Below are positions 49,021-61,654 of a stretch of 64,000 nucleotides of DNA, piece after piece. Under the pieces are notes generated by a model, which did no database searches, was not told the origin of the DNA, and worked only from the letters and a program-made list of their open reading frames with translations. The position numbers and the translations under genes are program-made. The stretch's first letter is position 1. Every line of letters begins with the position of its first letter. Origin of the DNA: Selaginella moellendorffii (taxonomy: Eukaryota; Plantae; Lycopodiophyta); assembly GCF_000143415.4 (NCBI RefSeq), contig NW_003314308.1, positions 1,344,654-1,408,653 on the forward strand. The letters run 5' to 3'.

Positions 49021-51069
49021 CGTGTTATATGTTGGTCCTCTTGTGTCCCTTTTTTAGAGACTCACTTATTGCTTGTTTCATGCTTATTTTTGAGCACTTC
49101 GTTGGGAGTTGCACTCCCACTCTTGACTGTCTAAGTCAGAGTTTTTAGTCCAAACATGTTACTCTCGTTTGGCTTCCGCTTCAGCCACTACCACGTGGCA
49201 CCCTTTCGGCTCCACTTTTGGGGCTTTGGGATTTGTGTCTCATATAAAGCCTATGAAAGCTCGTGAAACTAGAAGTATCCATACTAAGTTAAATGGTAGC
49301 CAAAACATTTGTGAAAGGAGAGGCATTAATAAACTAACAGATGGATTTTAGTAAATTGATATTAGGATGTCAAGTACAAATGGTTCATAAAATATGCAAA
49401 GTCAAAATAGTGTGGTAAAATGTGGTTTTGACGGTTGTTAGAAGGCAAGGTTACCAAAGTTTGGGAAGTAATTTCTGCACGTTCAAAAGGATGATTTTGA
49501 ATGGAAGTTGATATCATTTAGATAAACTAAAAATCATGTCTAACTAAATGCTAATTCCTTGATATCATCAAATGGTAAATATAATACAATTGAGAACTAG
49601 TTATAATATGGAATTTTAGCAGTGTGAGAGTCCAATATGAATAAATGGAATATAAATCCACTAGTCGAGTCTATATACCTAGAAGTGTCATTAGACAAAA
49701 GCTACTTCAAATATCACAAGTGGTGACATGCCATTTATTCTACCTTCAAGCTAGGTCTCCTCTTACCTGTATCTATGACAACTAAGTTCGTGTGTGACCA
49801 CATACCATGGGACCTGCATGATGTGGAGCCAACTTTTCCATAGTGCCACACAATTAAGATTGTGTTTGACTTTCATGATGTTGAGTTAGGCCTCCAAAGA
49901 AAGCTGAGATCTCATGTGTCCACATTTGCATTTAAGCCAGCTACACTGGAGAGGATTGTCAAGACAAACAAGGCACTATCTCCCTCTATTGTTGCCACAA
50001 TCAGCCTTGCAAAACCATCCTCTAGACCATCAATGTAAATGGGCACACATCATCAGGTCAAAATTGACTTATACTGTTTTGTGTTAATGGGTTCTATTGG
50101 CAGAAGTACTTGCTGGGTTTTTACCTAAATGGTGTATTTTTTGCACACTTGCATGGCTCCTTTAATGTTGTTCCTCCCACCAAAAGCAACAGTCACAAGT
50201 TGGTCAAAAGGAACAAATTCAGCAGTAACAAGTTGGTCAAAAGGGGCAGATTCACCCTACTCACACAGGGGGACTTCAGGAGCTAGTAATGACTTGTGAG
50301 AATTGAAACAATAATTCAGGTTTAATGTGCAGAGGGTTTTTGAAACTCAAACTTTCTGAATTTTATACAAACTAGTAACTAGATATTCTCTAACATGATC
50401 AGACATATCATCAAAGCCGAGGTACTGTTTCTTGGTGTTCCAAGCTCTGAATAAGAAATGACATGAAAGCAAGTAGACTGAACTTATCACAAAAGTGCAA
50501 ATACTAGACCTCAAGATTGAAAGGGCCCAAAGGTGGCAGCTTAAGTTGATTCTGACCATAAGTTAGCCAAAGAAGAAGGTATAAAACGCATGATGTTTAG
50601 TTTAAATCGAAATATAATTGTGCATTTCTAACATCCATTTTCATTGATTCAAGTAACTGTCTTTTGCAAAATGTACATCATCTTTATATAATGCAAATTT
50701 TCATTGAAGTGCAGTCCTAATACCAAGTGCCTTTTTCCAATGGTGAGGTCTTTAACAATGAATTTTGAGAGGAATCTTCAAAACATTTCTGAACTATTCA
50801 ATTTTAAAATGGAAAATACTTTAAATTAATACTTTACCTGAGTTACGTTTGACTGTTTATTTGAATAGTGTTATTATAATATAGAATTTCTTACAATGCT
50901 GCAAAACTAAGTGGAAATTTCAAGTTTTGTTCCTATTACTTAAAATATATTTGGTTTCTGTTAGGATGTACTTGAATTCTAGCATATTCTAACAATTATA
51001 ATGTGCCAACATTTCTAAAGAGGTGTTTAAAACGCTCACAAATATATTCCGAATTAAGTAAGAAACAGT

Positions 51070-52427
51070 TTAACCAGCAGCAGCTTCTTTGTCCAGCTCC
51101 TTTCCCTTTTTTGTTAACAGGGTCTCTGCCTGGGTTCGAAAGTAAGGTGACAGAACCCGAAATCTCTTATTAAGGTCTTTGCAGAAGCAGGTAAGCTTGA
51201 TCTTCGGAGCTAGCCGCGGATGTAGTTTTCCATCACCCATCACCATGTTGATAGCAGCGACCAGATCTTCCTTCGAGTCCAGCTTTCCAACGAATTCCGT
51301 CCAGAGCTTATGCTCGTACTTCTCTTCAATATGTTTCAGCCACTTCTGCCTGTCGCCACCACATTCTCCGTAGAAGCGTAACAAGCGCGGTATTCCCCCC
51401 GTCAGATTATCCAGATCCAGCAGCGCAGAAGCTGGTAGATTTGCCTGCGCAATCCATGTATTCAGCTCCTCTTCCGTGTAGGGACCGTCAAACTCTTCAG
51501 TTAGCTCATAGTCTTCAGCCTCATATTGCCTGGGGCTGTCTATGGACAAGACTGTGATGCGAACACTGACTCCAGAGGCACGAACCAGGTGAGCTTTCAG
51601 GCGATGAAGCAGCTGTGGCTCCACCGTATCATTCGTTTTTGGATCAAGCTCTTCCCACTCATCGATGATAAAAAGCAAACCTGTCCTGCCCTCGCACCAC
51701 ACCACCAGGTCTTCTACACTGGGCAAATTCTGCAACTCCTCCCACACGGTCTTGCACTGGCCAAATGCAAGCAGCAAAGCCTCGAGCAGAACCCTGTCCG
51801 GCTCTGAGATGTAACGGCTTGCCGAGATATACACCACCTTTTTGCCGTTGGCGAGGAGGAAGCCGGCTTCGGTGCTCATGACAGTACTCTTGCCACTGCC
51901 TTTAGCCCCAATGACCTGCAATCGATTTGCATTGTGGAGCTTCAAAATGCTAGAATGGAGCTTCTCAGCGCCAGCACGACCAATGTAGTTGTACTTGTCG
52001 TCCAAGTTTTCAGGGGGATTAAGAGTTGGTCGAAGCAGCCCCGAGTAAACAGCTCCTCCATCCCACAGGAATGAGCAATCCTTGCCAGCGTACAATTCCT
52101 GCAGCTCCTTATATCGCTGTTCAATCATCACGGCCTTGTCCTCCCGCTTTCTTTTCATCCTTTCTGTCGAGAAGCGGGTCACTGGCACACGAGAGGAAAG
52201 AAAGACGACGTACCAGCAGGTGCGAAGGCCACTAGCAAAGCATTGACTTGCTGAATGCGAGTTGGGAGTGCCAATTCGAGAGACTTCTCGAGCCGCCCGA
52301 CATCCTGAGCTCGGAGATAAGCGTTGGCATCCACGAACCCCGCCGCGGAAAGATTTTGGAAGTCGTCCGCTGTGAAGAGCTCGAAATCGACGCCACTCAC
52401 CAGTGAGCGCACCACCTCCGCCGCCAT
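51070..52427 (-). CDS. CR-like header + P-loop NTPase protein, copy D (435 aa), nuclease domain deleted
   Basis: Exon 1 52427-52214, 50-nt intron, exon 2 52163-51070. GAKGSGKS and LLFIIDE; same deletion junction as copy B. Confidence 0.7.
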
Positions 52428-52625
52428 AAGCAACCAATCCCTTAGGGTTTAACACAAGAATATCCAGGTATATCCTTGGTGTCTGCCACTTTTAGACTTT
52501 AGGGTCTTTGAGCTTTAAATTACTTGTTTTCCCGCCATTTTCAAAAAGCGAGAGCTGCCAGCTCAGCGCCACATCAGCCCAGTGGTACAAAGCGACTCTT
52601 CTACTCTCCGACCTAGGCTAGATAG

Positions 52626-54343
52626 ATGAAGGGCACCAACGGCGACCATGGCGCTGCTGCCCCTGCTCCACGGATCATCAATCCATCGGTGCACGAGGCG
52701 CTCATCAAGCTCATTCCAATCCAGGCGCAGAAGATCCGCGAGAAAGGGGTCTCCAGGTTTGCTCCACAGAAAGAGAAGGACAAGGGCAAGGAGAAAGGCC
52801 TTTCGTCCAAGCAGCGATCCAAGCAGCAAGCCAAGCAGCAGCTCAAGCAGCAGCCGGCGGCGCCGCGAGCTGTGCGCTGGGAGGACGACGAGGACCCTGC
52901 CAAGCTCCAGCAGTCGGAAGAGTTTGACAAGATTTGGGAAAACGATTGCGAGACCCGCGCGCTAGCCTGCCAAGTAAGTTGATCTCTTTGTTTCCTTGGT
53001 TGATGATCAATCACTCCTTCTCAGATCTTGTGTTGCAGGACAAGCTCACAGATTTGCTGTGCCGCTACCAGTCCCGGCAACCGGATGCTGGGCGCCTCAC
53101 TGCGTCCTTGGAAGTAAACATCGATTGATCGATCGTTCTCCAAAATATTTTATGAGGTGCCTAACTGGTTGTTCCTCAGGTGCTAAAGGAGGTTTGTCAA
53201 ATGTGTGTACCATTCTCACACGTCTTGACGGACATTCTCCAAGAGCTCGAGCTCGCTCTTTACATCAGTGCCGAGGACAAGGAAAAACATGAGCTCCAGG
53301 TTTTTATTCCTTCGCAATGTTCCCAAGTAAGCGTTCTTGCCTGTCAAACAGGTTCCATATTTTGAGCTCGTTGGCAAGCTCGAGCATGATATCAAGTGGA
53401 AAGAAGATAGTCAGCAAGGCTGGCGGAGCTCTCTTACGGACTGCCAAGAGCGCATCGAGCGGATAGAAGAGACTATGACGGTAAGCTTTTATGCTTTTGA
53501 TTGCTCGTGCTACTGGATTTCATACAGCTGATTAACAGACGTTGAGCACTCAAGTCAAGAATGCCGACTTCCTTAACAAGAATCTCCATGCCAGCTTGAC
53601 TGCTGCCTCTGACTCTCTAAACTCCGCCAATGATCAAGTCCACAAGTCCAAGCAAAAGCTGGTAGAACTTAAGCAGGAGCTCAAGGATGCCAAGGCCGAA
53701 GTTCGGAGATCGAAATCCATGGAACTCCAACTCCAACACGTAACTTTTTCCCTTCCCTTTCTTCTAAGCTAACTTTCTTCATCGACTACCAGGAGAAAGA
53801 TCTTGTGGAACAGGACCAGCTAAAAGCGGAGTACGCGCAGCTTGTTACCGAGCTACAACACTTCCAGACCTTCCTTGATGCTGCACGCAACCAAATCTCT
53901 GTGAGGTGCGTCGGTCATATCCAGTTACCTGGCTCCTTAATGTTTATTTTCTCTTGTTGCAGCGTTCCAAGACCTGAGTACATGGCCATGAAAGCTCAGA
54001 TGCTGGAGCTGCAGAAACGTCTTGCTGATATCCAGGCCAAGTCCATCAAACTCACGTACCAGACAGCGCATTTAACTCCAAGGCCGTCCTGGACCGCAGC
54101 TCCAGTTGGAGAGAAAGATCCGACGCTGTCCACGCTTGAACAAGTTGCTCAGATTTGTAGAGAAAACGCGATTCTCTCCAACAAACTTGCCATGCTTCAA
54201 AGCGAATGGACCAACACAAATGTTGCTCTTGCCGAGGTAAACTTTTTGTTGGGCTACGAAGCGTGATGAAAAGCATTTCTCCCACCTTGCAGGCGAATGA
54301 AAAGTACCAGAAGGTTGAAGAAGAGAACAAGAAAAAGAAATAG
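52626..54343 (+). CDS. Multi-exon coiled-coil protein of unknown function
   Basis: ATG at 52626; consecutive exons with short GT-AG introns; heptad-rich (KQKLVELKQELKDAKAEV); last exon 54293-54343 ends in TAG. Confidence 0.7.
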
Positions 54344-54354
54344 AGAAGCTTCGT

Positions 54355-57300
54355 TCATTCGACCATAAGCTTGTAGGCCTGGATTTCCATGGGGCTCATC
54401 TCGACTATCCCGATCCCTGCTGCTGACGCTCCAGCGCCCTTCCGGCCGGGCAGCGTCTCGGCATGATCGTGCAAGAAATTGAGACTGGAAGGCGTGACTT
54501 TGCTCACCACCAAGTTGCTAAACGTCGAATGGAGGTCGACCTTCGCGCTGGTGGCCAGTGTGGAGCAGCTATCGGTTCCTCCTTTCCTGCAGTAAGACTC
54601 GTCCCATCCTCTTCTCTGGAGTAGAAGTCCATACTCGACGTCTTCCAGCTGCGAAGGCCGGAGTGCTTTGATCCCGACCAGGTGCAAGTCACAGGGAAAT
54701 GCCGAAGCTAGAGACGACCACTGCGTGTCCATCGACGTCTCCTGGATTACGACCGAGCTCTCGACGATCTTTCCCAGGAACGCGTGCATGGGATAGTTCA
54801 ACTGGGCTCCAACTCGGTGGGATAAGAGCGAGGGAACCGAGAGCTTCTGGTGGAAAGATGCCGAGCTCGTCACATTCTCTTCGAGAAGCAACTGGAAGAC
54901 GATGTTGAGCGGCCTGTTGTCCATGACTCCCTGCCCGAGGCCTCGACCATCGTCTTGAGTGAGCCGTCTATCCAGCATCACTTCCAGCCAGCCGGTCTGT
55001 AAGCTGGCAACTCCGAGAGCCTGGCGGCTATGGACCGAGAAGCGCTTGCCCCGAGAGTCCTGGACGAAGGCCAGCGACGGCATTGGATAGTAGTTCCCTT
55101 GCAGCGGGATCTTGTCGTAAGTTTCTCGCCTGATGGTCTGGAAGCCGTTCAAGTCCGAGTGGAAAACTCTGCCACTGTCGATGCCGGTCTTGAAGCGCGC
55201 TATGATCTCCTTGTTGTTGAAGCGGTGATCTAGAAGAGCTACGTGATAGTTAATCTCCACGCTCAAGGCCTGGACGGATTTTCTTCCCGTGGCTCCGCTG
55301 TGATAAAGTCTGGCACTTCTCGAGAGCTCGCCGCCTCCAATGCTGGTCTTCAAGACCACATGAACTTCTTGCATCGCTCGGCCTTCTGTGACGAGCACCA
55401 GGCCTCCAGCTTGTACAAGAGACTTTGCTTCGCCGTCGGGCAAGAAGAGATAAGCACCGCTCCCGGCGCTCGAGTAGTAAGCAACGTCCTCCTCGACAGC
55501 AACCAAGGTTGACGGAGAGGCCGCCTTGGAGATCTGGATCGAGCGTAACATCCCGGTGGTGGAATCGAATCCCAGCGTCTGGAAGCCGTTGGTGATCTCG
55601 AGGGTCTCCACAGTCTCGAGCGAGCAGGAGTAGCCGTTGGGACAAGAGAACTTGTCGTCCGAGTTGAAAACTCTGATCCGGGCAGGCACTGCTCGCTTGC
55701 ACGACGAACCATCTGCGACGCCTTCGGCCGAGCTGACGAAGAAAGTTGCGAGTCCCAAGGCAGGAACAAGAGCAGTCCAGTGCAAGCGATGCCTTCCGGT
55801 CGACAAGTTCGATCCTGTTTCATCCCATTCCGGAGAAATTTGGCTGTCAACCGAGGCCCAGCTTGGGCCGAACACACACACTGCCGGATCGTCGACCACC
55901 ACCATCACCACATGCTCCACCGCTTCCTCGAGAGGATTGAAGAAGACCACTCGACGAGCTTGGCCGCTCGCGAGTCTGACGGATTTCTTCACCGCTAGCA
56001 TGTTAAACTTGGAGCGAGATTCCTCCGGCTCGTACCACTGCCGGAAGTTCTCGCTCTTGCACTGCTGCTGGAGAAGTAGCGCTTCGACACTGGCAGCCAT
56101 GAAGGCCTGGAGCTCCACCAGCGACGTGTGCATCCGCGTTCCATAATCTTCCACAACGTGATCCCTCGCGGTGCCCGTGACTCCGTCGTGGTGCTGAAAG
56201 AGCGCGAGGTTCTGGCTAGCGGAGACGATGGCGTTGCTGTACGACGCTGGAAACGAGGAGGTGTCCTTCGGCCGGCACTTCGCGTGAGTGAAAACGTACA
56301 GAATGTTGGCAGCTCGGAGTGTGTGCTCGAGGACACGATCCACGGCCTTGTAAAACGGTCTTGATACGTAATAGCCACTCCAGTAGTCGTGCATTCTATC
56401 AGCATACGTGAAGAAGTCCCCAGAGAGCGAAGGGAAGCCCGGAACTTCGTCTTCGTTGGCCCTCGAGCTCGACTTTGTGCTTCTGGCAACCTCGTCTCGG
56501 AGCGTAGAGAAGTAATCCTCCAGAGTTCCAAACTGGACGCTAGCCTTGAGCTCCGGGTGAGCGCTGATATAGTCGAAGATGACCTGGTAGTTCGTGAACT
56601 GGAGCTCGGCCTCCTGCGGGGTCACGTACCGGAAGTCGTCACCCAGCGGCACCAGCAAAGTGTTGCTTCGATACAGCGTCGACTTCTTCCTGTACTGATC
56701 GAGCAGCAGCATCGCTCGCTCCCTCACGTTTCCTTCGTTGATCTCTTCCGGATTGTATCCCCAGGGACACCGCTGTGCCTGTCCAACTCTCACAAGCCTC
56801 CAGTAGTCGAACTGGCAGCACACAGCCGGCTCCGGGCCGCAGGTGTGAGGAATGTCGTAAGAATAGAACGGCATCATGTGGCAAAAGATGGCGGTGGAGT
56901 TTGCGGAATCCCAGCCTTGTCTCCACATGAACTCGAGGCTTTGCCGCTGAGCGAGCTCCTTCTTTACCTCGTAGTGTGTTCGCTGGATAAGCATGTTGGC
57001 GAATCCCATTCTCCGCAAGAGATACGCCATGGTGGCCGAGTGACCGAATGGATCAATCGCCCAAGCGTTCCTTGGAGTGACCCCGATGGTATCACGAAGC
57101 CAGAGGTTCCCTGCGGTTATCTGGAAGCCATGACCGAGGTTACTACCGAGTGCCAAAAGTTTGGATGCTTGCTTGTACGTACCTGTTCGATGATCGCGAA
57201 ATGGTGTGAGTTCGCCTGGAGAGCAAGTTCTTACAAGTTCTTAGATGATTTACGTTCTTAGTTCTTAGCTCTCGTACCTCGTCGTTCATCACCCAGCCTC

Positions 57301-58018
57301 CTCCCACAACTTCGAGCTGTCCACTCTTGACTAGGCGGATGAAATCCTGCTTCTCCGAGTCCGAGGCGTCTTGCCACCAGCGATGGAGGTAGGACATCTC
57401 CTCCCAGATGAACTTACGTCGAGGATCCTGAGCACGAGAGGAGACGATCAGGGAAGTTTTTCTAAAACTAAAAGTTTGATGCTCAAAGTTTGTCTAGGTA
57501 GAACTAAAAGTGTGAAGCTCGAGTACCTTGCGAAGAGCTCCAACCACAGTCGAAAGTATGTGTTTCGTGCGCTCCTGGTAGTACTCCTCCACCGTGCGAA
57601 GCCACCCTGGATCGTTGTGAGAGTGAGGCACCACAAACACCTTGAGCTTCTCGCGATTCCACTCGTCACCGCGGTACTTCACTGCCCATCCCTGCGTCCA
57701 CGCGCCACCGTCCTTGTTCTCGAAGGCTATGGCGTCGTAGAGCTCCTTGGTGCTTATGTCCATCACCGCTTCCAATTGCACCCTCGAGGGACTGAGATCG
57801 CGGGCGCCGCGGCGAATCATCGGCATTCCCGGCATCGAGACGATTGGGTCGGCGCTCCAGCTGTAGATCGCCATACCTACAACCAGGAGCAGCAGCGCGA
57901 GCACGATCCCTCCACGAACCCCGCAATCCAAAATCTCGTAGACGAGCCTGTGCCGCCTCTGGATCACTCTCACCTTGCGGCGGCCGCTGCTCGATCCCGA
58001 GGAGGACGATGCCGCCAT
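54355..58018 (-). CDS. GMII: Golgi alpha-mannosidase II (GH38), ~1146 aa
   Basis: Exons 58018-57527, 57427-57278, 57215-57183 and 57120-54355 are in frame. Type II membrane anchor; VPHSHNDPGW, WAIDPFGHS, YWSGYY and FQHHDGVTGT motifs. Confidence 0.96.
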
Positions 58019-58353
58019 CGCGCCGGCGAGGGTGGACGAACTATCCACTTCTCTTCTCGCTCGCTTTTAGAACATCCTCTATAGTAAAATAAACAAAACA
58101 ATGTAGGACACGCGGCCGTACGCCGTGCATCCGGGAGGGGTACGGAAAGGGGAATGGTTGGCTATGGTGGGTGACTGCGCAAGAACGAGGGTTTGATAGG
58201 GGAGGCGCTGTGGCCGCGGCGCTAGGGTGCGCGTATTGGGAACGCCGCGATGGCGATGGCGTAGCAGCAGCGCAGCAGCAGCGGCGCGGAATCATGCTTG
58301 TAAGGCGCTAGGGAGATCTCCTGTGGCCAGATTCTCCCCCAATCCAGTGAGCC

Positions 58354-60507
<2,154 letters not shown>

Positions 60508-61363
60508 CATCGAGTAAGTTTTCCCCCCGCCACCTTGTTTCATTTCCTCCATGGCTTTGGCTTTCTCACGCGAGACAAAAGCAAGCTTCCGCCGCCGCTG
60601 CTGCTACCGTCGTGATTCTTTCATTAACAGGAGTCCATGCTTACGTACGTAATGTGACTCGTCTCATCGGGAAGCTTGAGCTCTTGTCTCGACGCGTTCA
60701 CTTTGTTCCGGGATTAACTTATCAGTGGTTTTGCGAAAGAGAGATGGATCATCGCAGCGCCGAGAGGGAGCGCGTCAAACTTCGTGCTGTGGCCATCGGA
60801 GCACCGTCCGGGACGCCAGTTGCAAGGGATGGAGGAGGAGGAGGGCAGCGTTCGAGCTCCTCATTTCTCGCGGTGCCTGGGAAGCGCGGTGGGATTCCGG
60901 ACGAGGTGTGGAGACCCGGTAGTGATCGTCTTCGTGGCCCGCAAAGTCCATGCGAAATGGTTGTCGCAGGATCAAGGTCCTCTCGATCGTTTGGATCGAT
61001 CCTCGCTCGCATTCTTGCTTGCTCGTCTAGGATCAATCCTTCTTCCAGGATTGATGCTTATGGTGCGATGATGTGGTAAGCGTATGGAACGCTCACTGCT
61101 CGAGTAAGATTGGAGAGGGTTTCTCACAAACCGGCACGTCGTGGACATGAGCTTGCCCAGCCAGAAGCTCTACCACCCGAGCTTGGGGCCGGGCTTTACC
61201 TCCGCTCGGTGGAGAGGGCCGCGTCCTTCGTGCCCGGGGATCAATCTACGCCAGCACCAGTAACGTAGTTCTTCTCTTGCGATCTAGAGGCATTCGTGAG
61301 AGCCGATCGTTCCATTCGTGGGCATCTTCGATTGGAGCCAGCTGAGCACCGAGAGCGGAGGCC

Positions 61364-61582
61364 ATGGAGGTGAATCTCGAGATCGGCGTGGAGAGCTGGG
61401 GAGGACCTCCGGCGTCACGCACGGTCATGGCCTACATCCTCATCGTCGGCGATGGTAACATCCAGGAGCTCCCCTTCGACATCGATGGCGATATGTGCGA
61501 CGAATGCCATGGGGACGATATGGGGCGGCACGGCCAACGGGCGGGGTGGATCTGCGGCGGCTGCTCGAGCTCCTCCACCTGA
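61364..61582 (+). CDS. Putative 72-aa protein with CxxC...CxxC motif
   Basis: Strong GCCATGG start context; CDEC and CGGC pairs; no family recognised. Confidence 0.3.
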   Translation: MEVNLEIGVESWGGPPASRTVMAYILIVGDGNIQELPFDIDGDMCDECHGDDMGRHGQRAGWICGGCSSSST

Positions 61583-61654
61583 AGATCAGCGCTTCCCAAG
61601 GAAGAACCCTAATTCTGTCTAAGAGTTTTGTATATTTAGGGCAAAGAAGGAGCT

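Larger units (their letters stand above)
46614..49242. mobile_element. Second copy of the probable solo LTR, with a nested TRIM
   Basis: Same termini and flanks as 31405-32894. Confidence 0.65.
26425..52500. repeat. Tandem segmental duplication: ~26425-36140 repeated at ~40625-52500
   Basis: Same order in both units (long CR copy, PPR relics, AT-rich block, solo LTR, short CR copy), with long near-identical stretches. Confidence 0.9.

Noticed and set aside
51070-52455. Unspliced 461-aa ORF (and the 442-aa ORF at 34702-36030) as the real protein
   Set aside because: Their N-termini use different frames in the two copies, whereas the spliced model gives the same conserved header and exon lengths in both.
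56389-58084. Long + strand ORFs (290 and 237 aa)
   Set aside because: They are antisense shadows of the mannosidase II coding sequence.
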